Of a stretch of DNA of 47,708 bases, positions 37,571 to 44,149 are shown one piece after another. A model generated the notes under the pieces. That model worked only from the letters and a program-made list of their open reading frames with translations. It was not told where the DNA came from and did no database searches. The position numbers and the translations under genes are program-made. Source of the stretch: Candidatus Parcubacteria bacterium (GTDB lineage Bacteria; Patescibacteriota; Minisyncoccia; Phycocordibacterales; Phycocordibacteraceae); assembly GCA_021731495.1 (NCBI GenBank), contig JAKFXG010000010.1:1-47708 (forward strand), in the 5' to 3' direction. Positions within the stretch are counted from its first letter, which is position 1. Every line of letters begins with the position of its first letter.

Positions 37571-37614
37571 TGCAACTGCAACTCCGCTTTTCGTAAAAGA
37601 TTTTAAATCATATC

Positions 37615-37660
37615 GGAATACAAAAACGCCTGCACGAAAGTGCAGGCGTTTTTGTATTCC
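37615..37660. terminator. bidirectional terminator with a 21-bp perfect stem
   Basis: GGAATACAAAAACGCCTGCAC-gaaa-GTGCAGGCGTTTTTGTATTCC. It lies 10 nt past the stop of the RRM gene. Confidence 0.8.
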
Positions 37661-37669
37661 GGCGAGGAA

Positions 37670-38038
37670 TTAGTATCCGCCGCGGCCGTATCCGCCGCCA
37701 TTGCCGCCGCCAAAACCGCCGCGATCACCGCCTCCGAAACCGCCTTCGCGGCGAGGAGGACGATCACCCTGCGGGCGGGCGAAAGAAACGGAGAGCGTGC
37801 GCCCGTCCATTTCCTTGCCATCCCAACGGTCGATAGCCGCCTGAGCTTCCGCTTCGGTAGCCATCTCGACGAAGCCGAAACCGCGTGAGCGGCCGGTCAT
37901 ACGATCGCTGATAATGCTCGCGGAAACGACAGTACCGGCCTCGCTAAAGGCCTTCTTCATATCGTCTTCCGTTGAGCGGTAGGGGATGCCGCCTACGTAA
38001 AGCTTGTTCCCCTGAACTGCTGGCTGCTGATTGTCCAT
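37670..38038 (-). CDS. RRM-type glycine-rich RNA-binding protein
   Basis: RNP2 is LYVGGIPY and RNP1 is RGFGFVEM. The C-terminal tail is RGG/GGF-rich. Confidence 0.85.
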   Translation of the reverse strand: MDNQQPAVQGNKLYVGGIPYRSTEDDMKKAFSEAGTVVSASIISDRMTGRSRGFGFVEMATEAEAQAAIDRWDGKEMDGRTLSVSFARPQGDRPPRREGGFGGGDRGGFGGGNGGGYGRGGY

Positions 38039-38196
38039 GTATTCTGATCTAACTAATTAATCTCGCCGAAACTGAACACTTGCGGTCACTTAAAGACCGA
38101 GCGAAGCTCGAATACTCTGCGAGTAAGTACAGTATGACAGAAATGCGAGAGAAGAGCAATAGAGTGTGGATAATGAAATAAAGTGTTTTCTTTTTT

Positions 38197-38227
38197 AAAA
38201 AAAGAGACCGCCCTGGGGGGCGGTCTC
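38197..38227 (-). terminator. intrinsic terminator after the cupin-like gene
   Basis: The minus strand reads GAGACCGCCC-ccca-GGGCGGTCTC followed by TTTTTTT. Confidence 0.75.
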
Positions 38228-38237
38228 TCGAAGATCA

Positions 38238-38654
38238 TCAGCAGCACTTTTTAGGTACACCCCCTTCATTTCTCAAGTTTTCCAACATGGCGCACGTGCC
38301 GTACAGGGTAAGGGTGGTCGTCGTTTCGATGAACGAGAACCATACGTGGGCAAATCGAGGAACGGTAACGTGATTCCCTTGTTGGTACCAGAACAAAGGT
38401 CGTCCAGTTATCCGCAGGAGTCCGCTTCCCTCAAGTATGGTGAACTCCTTTTGGTGATCGACTCCGAAGGGTTGGAGCCTGGTGCCTTTCAGTATCTTAA
38501 TTACGACTCGTGTTGGTGCATCCTGTGCCCCCGGCAATTCGCGGACATATATGGTCCCTCTTGGAAGTTCAATGACGTCGGTTTCCCGGAAGTGAAACTC
38601 CACCACCCTGTCTTTATCTATAGTCATTTTTGACCCCTGGTCTTTAAATTGCAT
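38238..38654 (-). CDS. hypothetical protein, possibly a cupin-like beta-barrel
   Basis: 138 aa with SD AGGAAAGG adjacent to the ATG. The EFTILEGSGLLRI...GNHVTVP pattern is reminiscent of cupins (weak). Confidence 0.45.
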   Translation of the reverse strand: MQFKDQGSKMTIDKDRVVEFHFRETDVIELPRGTIYVRELPGAQDAPTRVVIKILKGTRLQPFGVDHQKEFTILEGSGLLRITGRPLFWYQQGNHVTVPRFAHVWFSFIETTTTLTLYGTCAMLENLRNEGGVPKKCC

Positions 38655-38693
38655 CCTTTCCTACGCTACACCTGGCTCTCAGAAAAGGGAAGT

Positions 38694-38720
38694 CGCCCGC
38701 ATGCGTAACGCATGCGGGCG
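38694..38720 (-). terminator. 12-bp perfect hairpin after the Usg-like gene
   Basis: CGCCCGCATGCG-taa-CGCATGCGGGCG. The flank on the minus strand is moderately T-rich. Confidence 0.45.
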
Positions 38721-38725
38721 GCCGA

Positions 38726-38998
38726 TTAGTGCAATCTGAATTCGGCACTGGGAAAGTGTAGCTCCGCCGGGTGTACAAGACCCACGTGGCAGTAATGGAC
38801 GGAATGGATGGGTCCGTCGAGATTGCGGCCCCAGAACTCGAGGAACTCGTGCAGTCTCGGGAGGTCGGGTGCCAAGTCATCGTGTTGCCAGACGAACGTT
38901 TGAAGGAGCGAACGGTAGTCGGGGAGCCGGTACAGGATTTTTGCCGTGACGAGAGTGTTGTTCAGTAGTTTCAGTTTTTGCTGCTGGATTGTAGGCAT
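38726..38998 (-). CDS. Usg-family protein
   Basis: ILYRLPDYRSLLQTFVWQHDDLAPDLPRLHEFLEFWGRNLDGPIHSVHY...AEFRLH matches, from memory, the Usg-like family known mostly from alphaproteobacteria. SD GGAGGAGG is upstream. Confidence 0.7.
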   Translation of the reverse strand: MPTIQQQKLKLLNNTLVTAKILYRLPDYRSLLQTFVWQHDDLAPDLPRLHEFLEFWGRNLDGPIHSVHYCHVGLVHPAELHFPSAEFRLH

Positions 38999-39112
38999 CG
39001 CCTCCTCCTCTGCGCAGACACTTCAAAGTTCCTCATGAAGTAAACCGCCCAGGCACAAGAGTGGTCAAGTGAGCAGGTGTGCATTAGAAAAGCCATCCCT
39101 TCGGGGCGTTGT

Positions 39113-39141
39113 CAATACAAGGTGGAACCTTGTATTGGTGG
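39113..39141 (+). repeat. REP hairpin, GGA loop (left flank)
   Basis: CAATACAAGGT-GGA-ACCTTGTATTG-GTGG. Its 3' end supplies the TGg of the TGgTAGGAT box at 39139..39147, 7 nt upstream of the RAYT ATG. Confidence 0.8.
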
Positions 39142-39154
39142 TAGGATTATCTCA

Positions 39155-39820
39155 ATGAATAGAAAGATTTCCTTCGCCGAAGGAGAGTACTACCACATTT
39201 ATTGTAGGGGAGTGGAGAAGCGCGACATTTTCCTAGATAACAAGGATCGGGAGCGCTTTCAGGCGCTTTTATTTTTATGTAACGGCACAAAACCGGTCGT
39301 ATACAGACTAGTACAAGGTTCCACCTTGTATCAAACCGACGTTGGAGTAAAGACCGTAGCTGTCGGCGCCTATAAGCTTATGCCTAACCATGTCCACATA
39401 TTGGCGAAAGAAATTTCAGAAAACGGCATTACCGAATTTATGCGAAAAGTTAATACAGCTTATTCAATGTATTTTAATAAAAAGTATGAGAGAGTCGGGC
39501 CGCTTTTTCAGGGCACTTTTGGCGCTGAACACGTAACGAGAGATGATCACTTGAAATATTTATTTGCCTACATCCATCTCAATCTTATAAAGCTGATTGA
39601 ACCAAAATGGAAAGAGGTTGGGATCAAGAATCTCCAGAGAGCAAAAGATTTTCTTGAGAATTACCCCTTCTCAAGTTACCTAAGTTACTGTGGCAAAACG
39701 CGCAAAGAGAATAGTATTTTATCGGAAAAAGAATTCCCGGATTATTTTTTACAAAAGCACGATTTCAAAGATTTTATCAGTGATTGGCTTACATTTAATG
39801 CGCAAGATCTGGGTTTATAG
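39155..39820 (+). CDS. REP-associated tyrosine transposase (Y1/HUH, IS200-like)
   Basis: YHIYCRG, the HUH motif MPNHVHIL, AYSMYFNKKYERVGPLFQGTF and the catalytic Tyr region YLFAYIHLN. The start is taken at MNRKISFAEGEYY. Confidence 0.85.
   Translation: MNRKISFAEGEYYHIYCRGVEKRDIFLDNKDRERFQALLFLCNGTKPVVYRLVQGSTLYQTDVGVKTVAVGAYKLMPNHVHILAKEISENGITEFMRKVNTAYSMYFNKKYERVGPLFQGTFGAEHVTRDDHLKYLFAYIHLNLIKLIEPKWKEVGIKNLQRAKDFLENYPFSSYLSYCGKTRKENSILSEKEFPDYFLQKHDFKDFISDWLTFNAQDLGL
39311..39332 (-). repeat. REP core inside the RAYT coding sequence (TCC loop, inverted orientation)
   Basis: GTACAAGGT-TCC-ACCTTGTATC, in frame, encoding LVQGSTLYQ. Confidence 0.7.
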
Positions 39821-39828
39821 AAACACAT

Positions 39829-39853
39829 CCAATACAAGGTTCCACCTTGTATC
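39829..39853 (-). repeat. REP hairpin, TCC loop (right flank, proximal)
   Basis: CCAATACAAGGT-TCC-ACCTTGTATC, 9 nt past the RAYT stop. Confidence 0.8.
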
Positions 39854-39920
39854 AGTATGAAATTGCCAGTGGTGTTGCTTTTTGGAGGGTTTAGAGCACA
39901 ATACCCATGGAAGTCACCTG

Positions 39921-39959
39921 CCACCACCAATACAAGGTGGAACCTTGTATTGGTGGTGG
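39921..39959 (+). repeat. extended REP hairpin with 18-bp arms, GGA loop (right flank, distal)
   Basis: CCACCACCAATACAAGGT-GGA-ACCTTGTATTGGTGGTGG. Confidence 0.85.
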
Positions 39960-39985
39960 AGTCACCCGTCTCATAGGGGGAAAAC

Positions 39986-40636
39986 ATGACGAAAGCTCTG
40001 CTGCTCCTCTGCGTTACGACTTTATTTCTCGTTACCACATGTGACAGTCGGCCAGCCTTTTTTCAAGCCCCTGAGCAGAAGAGCTTGGTCGCCAGCTCGC
40101 AGGAGGATGATCGAATACTCGAATACCTCTTCGAGTTGAGGGAAGTTCAGAACGAGGCCGGGACAAGCGTTATCAAAGCAATCACGGATGCCGAGGCTAC
40201 TCTCAGGAAACTCGATATGTTGGGAACCCGCCTGAACTGTGCGGTCATAAACCTTCGGGACGAAGAGGTTCTGCAGGCAGTGATACGCGAGTATCAGGGG
40301 CTCGTAAGAGCGACGGAGATATTGCTCGACGCCGAAGTAGGTTTGCCGGAGTATTTGCAAATAGTCTCTCCGGAAGACCTGCGCGCGCAAATAGCGGGGC
40401 ATAAAATCGGCCGTATCCTTTTCTCGCAGAACCTTCTCTATCTGGAAGGAAGAATCCAAGCATGCGGCAAAGACCGCCATCTCGCACCGTCCAGCCCGTT
40501 TCGAAGCCGTCCTGAAAGGACGGCTTCTTTGTGTTATTCACACGTTATGCACATTTGTATGCACCAGAGTAAATTTCAAATAAAGCCCGTTCTTGGCTCT
40601 GGAAGGTCAGACCTTGGAGAGCGAAGCTGTGGATAA
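39986..40636 (+). CDS. putative lipoprotein, 3' end doubtful
   Basis: Signal peptide with a lipobox-like LVTTC. SD GGGGGA is upstream. A terminator-like hairpin at 40503..40535 lies about 100 nt before the stop, and the sequence after it looks non-protein-like. Confidence 0.45.
   Translation: MTKALLLLCVTTLFLVTTCDSRPAFFQAPEQKSLVASSQEDDRILEYLFELREVQNEAGTSVIKAITDAEATLRKLDMLGTRLNCAVINLRDEEVLQAVIREYQGLVRATEILLDAEVGLPEYLQIVSPEDLRAQIAGHKIGRILFSQNLLYLEGRIQACGKDRHLAPSSPFRSRPERTASLCYSHVMHICMHQSKFQIKPVLGSGRSDLGERSCG
40503..40535 (+). terminator. intrinsic terminator-like hairpin inside the 39986 ORF
   Basis: GAAGCCGTCC-tgaaa-GGACGGCTTC followed by TTTGTGTTATT. Confidence 0.5.
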
Positions 40637-40748
40637 CGACTGTTTTTCGTCTCCGCCAAAGAATTGACATTCTAAATGACGGGTATTTACTGACCCTAGT
40701 TGCAGACGGGCGTCTGTCACGGATAGGTAATCTCTTCGTCTTGACTCT

Positions 40749-40814
40749 TAACGTTTGAGTCTCGGCAGATTCCGCGCCGCCGCTGCGGCGGCGCGGAGGA
40801 GCCGGGACTTGAGC
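40749..40814 (+). repeat. 66-nt structured repeat, copy 1 (190 nt upstream of TasA-like gene 1)
   Basis: TAACGtTTGAGTCTCGGCAGATTCCGCGCCGCCGCTGCGGCGGCGCGGAGGAGCCGGGACTTGAGC. It matches copy 2 at 65 of 66 positions. Confidence 0.85.
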
Positions 40815-41003
40815 GAGACCGCGAGAGTCCTGCGGGAGATTTTGTAACGAGAAAACAGTGTGAACGGCATACATAGTTGTGAGGGTAAGTTGGGGCATTT
40901 GTGAAAAGAATAGAATATGTTCTTTCGTTTTCTCGATGTTCTTTGTTTAGTGTTTGTGCGAATTATTAAGGTGCGTTATTAAAAAATAAATAGTTTAATT
41001 AAT

Positions 41004-42674
41004 ATGACAACGATTCTTAACAAAAAGATTCTCTTGAGTCTGGGAACGCTGGTGTTCGTCGGCGCAGTAGCCCTCGGAGCAACGGGCGCATTCTTCTCGG
41101 ACACAGAGACTTCAACCGGCAATACGTTCACCGCCGGTGCGATTGATCTCGGCGTTGACAACGAATCCTATTACAATGGTGTCCTTAATCAAGGAACATC
41201 TTGGGAACTTGACTGGGACCTTTCAGACGAAACTCCTCGTCAGCTCTTCAACTTCTTGGATCTAAAGCCAGGAGATTGGGGAGAGGATACGATCAGTCTT
41301 CACGTGAAGAATAATGATTCTTACCTCTGCGCGGACGTGACTCTCACAAGTAACGAAGACAATGATCAGACAGAGCCAGAGATAGATGACGGAGACTTGG
41401 TTGCTAACAACGGTCCTCAAACCAATGATGGTGAATTAGCTAGCCACCTTCGCTTCGTTTGGTGGGCAGATGATGGAGACAATGTCTTGGAAGATAACGA
41501 GACCCCAATCCACAACAATGTTCCTCTAGGTTCTGGCACTGTAGCTCTTGCTGATTCTCAGACAAACATCTGGGGAGACCTTAATGGAACACTTCCTGGC
41601 AACGGCCCTCTTCCTGGCGCCTCAACTAGATACATTGCAAAAGCATGGTGCTTTGGAGCTTTGACCACAAATCCCCTCAGTCAGGACGGTCTTGGAACTA
41701 CATCACCTCGTACCCCAGCTAATTCTACGGGTGGGGTGGCTTGCAATGGTGCAGATGAAACAAATATCACTCAAACAGACAGCGTAACTCTTGACGTCGC
41801 ATTCCGCGCTGTTCAGTCTCGTAACAACACTTCTTTCGTTTGTTCAGCTCCTACTCAAGGAGAACAGCGCCCAAGAGTCGGTGCGCTTCTTAGCGCGTAT
41901 GACGCCCCAACGTGCAATGTCACGGTTTCTGGCAGTGGTTCAATTCAGACAGCTGTTGGCAATGCAGAAGACGGCGACGTGGTCTGTGTTGACTCGACAT
42001 ATAACGGCTCCGGGGATAGTGCGGCTATCCGCATCGAGAATGCAGGCGTAACGCTTGCAGCTACAGTGAGGGGAGTCGACTTGTTCGATCCAATTGTGTT
42101 GAGCGCAAGCAATGTAACAGTCACCGGTTTTGATGGGGTGATTGGACAGGCAGAAAGTCCAGCCGAACAGGCAGCTTTCTACCTCGATAACGATGCGGAT
42201 CTCTCCGAAATATCGTTCAACACTGTAACTGGTGGCACTGGAGCAGCCATTCTTACTGAAACGGGTGCTGCTCTTGGTGGTGGCTTGATCGCGAACAACG
42301 TTCTTGGTGGTGCAACTCAAGGTATCTACACCAATCCTCACACTGGCGTATTCGTGATTGAATATAACGACATTGATAACAATGCCGCAGGTATCGGAGG
42401 GTTGATGGGCGCAATAGTTCGTAACAACGAATTCGAGCACACTGTCGCCGGATCAGAAGCTATTGGAGTTGACTCAACTCACGACGCCAACCCAGCGACT
42501 GTCAGCTTCAACAACTTCCTCGGTGGAACCAAGTTGAATACTTATGGTCCGATTGCAGGTGATGTAGATGCAGAAGATAACTTCTGGGGTCCAAGTGGCG
42601 GTGCCGCCCAGACTGGTGGTTCCGACGAAGTCGACTTCACTCCTGAGGAAGTCAGTGCATTCCTGCATAACTAA
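41004..42674 (+). CDS. TasA/camelysin-like secreted protein with a SipW-type signal peptide and a C-terminal right-handed beta-helix domain
   Basis: The N-terminus ...VGAVALGATGAFFSDTETSTGNTFTAGAIDLGV parallels B. subtilis TasA (GGGTWAAFND...ASGTLDL). The core blocks FNFLDLKPGDWGEDTISLHV and TQTDSVTLDVAFRAVQSRNN are shared with the next ORF. The last ~250 aa carry beta-helix-like turns (NNVLGGATQGIYTN, YNDIDNNAAGIGG, VRNNEFEH). Confidence 0.8.
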   Translation: MTTILNKKILLSLGTLVFVGAVALGATGAFFSDTETSTGNTFTAGAIDLGVDNESYYNGVLNQGTSWELDWDLSDETPRQLFNFLDLKPGDWGEDTISLHVKNNDSYLCADVTLTSNEDNDQTEPEIDDGDLVANNGPQTNDGELASHLRFVWWADDGDNVLEDNETPIHNNVPLGSGTVALADSQTNIWGDLNGTLPGNGPLPGASTRYIAKAWCFGALTTNPLSQDGLGTTSPRTPANSTGGVACNGADETNITQTDSVTLDVAFRAVQSRNNTSFVCSAPTQGEQRPRVGALLSAYDAPTCNVTVSGSGSIQTAVGNAEDGDVVCVDSTYNGSGDSAAIRIENAGVTLAATVRGVDLFDPIVLSASNVTVTGFDGVIGQAESPAEQAAFYLDNDADLSEISFNTVTGGTGAAILTETGAALGGGLIANNVLGGATQGIYTNPHTGVFVIEYNDIDNNAAGIGGLMGAIVRNNEFEHTVAGSEAIGVDSTHDANPATVSFNNFLGGTKLNTYGPIAGDVDAEDNFWGPSGGAAQTGGSDEVDFTPEEVSAFLHN

Positions 42675-42697
42675 GTTATCAACTCGAATAAAGAATT

Positions 42698-44017
42698 ATG
42701 AAGAAAATATTACTTAGCGCTGGGACGATTGCGGTCGTTGCGACCCTTGCTGTCGGCGGAACCATGGCGTTCTACAACGACACGGAGACCTCGACGGGCA
42801 ATATCTTCACTGCCGGCTCGATCGACCTCAAGGTTGACCAGACGATGGCGTCATACAATGGCGAGCAGTGTCAGACGTGTCATCTTGAAATAGTGAGCAA
42901 CAACACGACAGTGGTTGGCTCATCGCCGGCAGTCGAGCTTTCAGTTGTTCATCCAGCGTGGACAGCCGACCTTGATGGCGGGCATGTCGCGGGTATGCCG
43001 AACGACGGAGCCAATGACGGTTCGAAGTGGATCTGGATAACGGATGGCCCAACAGTTCCAACCACTGATCAAGACTACACATTTGACCGAACATTCGTGT
43101 GGAACGGTACGGCAAGTGACGCAGTGCTCTATATTGCCACCGACAACCTCTATACGAGCATTCGGTTGAACGGCCATCTTATCGGTTCGACAGCAAATGA
43201 CAATAACTTCCAACTCGCAACGGAAGATGTCTTTACGACTGCCGCCGATGCAGCACAGCTTGAGTCAAAACTTGTCCAAGGTACGAATCTTCTCCAAGTT
43301 ACCGTGCGCAATCTTGGTTTGAGCGGGAGTACCGCGGCAAGCAATCCGGCCGGACTTCTCTTCAAACTTGAAATTGACGGAAGTTGCCAGGGCAGTCAGC
43401 AAGGTGGAGGTGCGTACCAGAACACTCCGGGCGCAACCTGCGAGCTCTGGGGTCCCCAGGACCTCACGAGCCAGAATTACTTCGACTTCGAAGACGTGAA
43501 GCCGGGAGACGAAGGTACGAACCTCATCTCGCTTCATGTGGACAGTAACGACGCGTACGCGTGTTTGATCCCACATGACCTTAACGATAAGGAAAACACG
43601 CTCGTGAGCCCGGAAACTGATGCGGGTGACCTACCGAACACAGGTAATCTCGCAGAATGGGGCGAACTCTCCGATTATCTCGAATTCTTCGTCTGGAGAG
43701 ATAACGGCGATGGTGCGTATCAGGCTAGCGAGCAAGTACTCGTCAATGTCGGCACAACCATTGATCAAATTCAGCCAGAAATGCTTGCTCTGCAACTCAC
43801 CGGCGGAGGCCCGACAGAATACATAGGTCTCGCATGGTGTGCAGGAACCCAGGCCTCTACTACGGCCCCGAGCATTACTTGCGATGGAAGTGGTATGAGC
43901 AACAAAGCTCAGACCGACTCATTGATTGCGTCATTGACCGCATACGCGGTGCAGGTCAGGAACAACGATGACTTCTCTTGTGCGGACGTTGATCTCGACC
44001 CAGAGCAGCCAGACTAG
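42698..44017 (+). CDS. TasA/camelysin-like secreted protein with a ~190-aa domain inserted after the N-terminal strand
   Basis: MKKILLSAGTIAVVATLAVGGTMAFYNDTETSTGNIFTAGSIDLKV. The paralogous core resumes at CELWGPQDLTSQNYFDFEDVKPGDEGTNLISLHV and ends at AQTDSLIASLTAYAVQVRNN. Confidence 0.8.
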   Translation: MKKILLSAGTIAVVATLAVGGTMAFYNDTETSTGNIFTAGSIDLKVDQTMASYNGEQCQTCHLEIVSNNTTVVGSSPAVELSVVHPAWTADLDGGHVAGMPNDGANDGSKWIWITDGPTVPTTDQDYTFDRTFVWNGTASDAVLYIATDNLYTSIRLNGHLIGSTANDNNFQLATEDVFTTAADAAQLESKLVQGTNLLQVTVRNLGLSGSTAASNPAGLLFKLEIDGSCQGSQQGGGAYQNTPGATCELWGPQDLTSQNYFDFEDVKPGDEGTNLISLHVDSNDAYACLIPHDLNDKENTLVSPETDAGDLPNTGNLAEWGELSDYLEFFVWRDNGDGAYQASEQVLVNVGTTIDQIQPEMLALQLTGGGPTEYIGLAWCAGTQASTTAPSITCDGSGMSNKAQTDSLIASLTAYAVQVRNNDDFSCADVDLDPEQPD

Positions 44018-44076
44018 TAAGCAAAAAGTTCCTTGATCCCATTAGAACTATGCTTACTTCTAACGGGACAAGTTCG

Positions 44077-44142
44077 TAACGCTTGAGTCTCGGCAGATTC
44101 CGCGCCGCCGCTGCGGCGGCGCGGAGGAGCCGGGACTTGAGC
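44077..44142 (+). repeat. 66-nt structured repeat, copy 2 (ends 7 nt upstream of the sipW ATG)
   Basis: Same sequence as 40749..40814, except C instead of T at the sixth position. Confidence 0.85.
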
Positions 44143-44149
44143 AGGCAAC

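Larger units (their letters stand above)
39113..39959 (+). mobile_element. RAYT/IS200-type Y1 transposase unit flanked by REP hairpins
   Basis: One Y1-transposase gene is bracketed by CAATACAAGGT-GGA-ACCTTGTATTG(GTGG) on the left. On the right are a TCC-loop copy and a long 39-nt GGA-loop copy. Confidence 0.75.

Noticed and set aside
39113-39959. CRISPR array
   Set aside because: Only four copies are present. They are self-complementary hairpins in alternating orientation with irregular spacing, and one lies inside a gene. This is REP/RAYT architecture, not direct repeats with spacers.
40664-40692. Promoter for the TasA locus (TTGACA at 40664)
   Set aside because: The -35 is perfect, but no acceptable -10 lies at 16-19 nt (TTACTG/TATTTA are off-spacing). 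It is too weak to call.
40545-40898. 117-aa minus-strand ORF, and its look-alike at 44060..44395
   Set aside because: Both exist only because they read through the 66-nt GC-rich repeat, and their shared peptide is the repeat itself. Neither has start-site signals, and the second is antisense to sipW.
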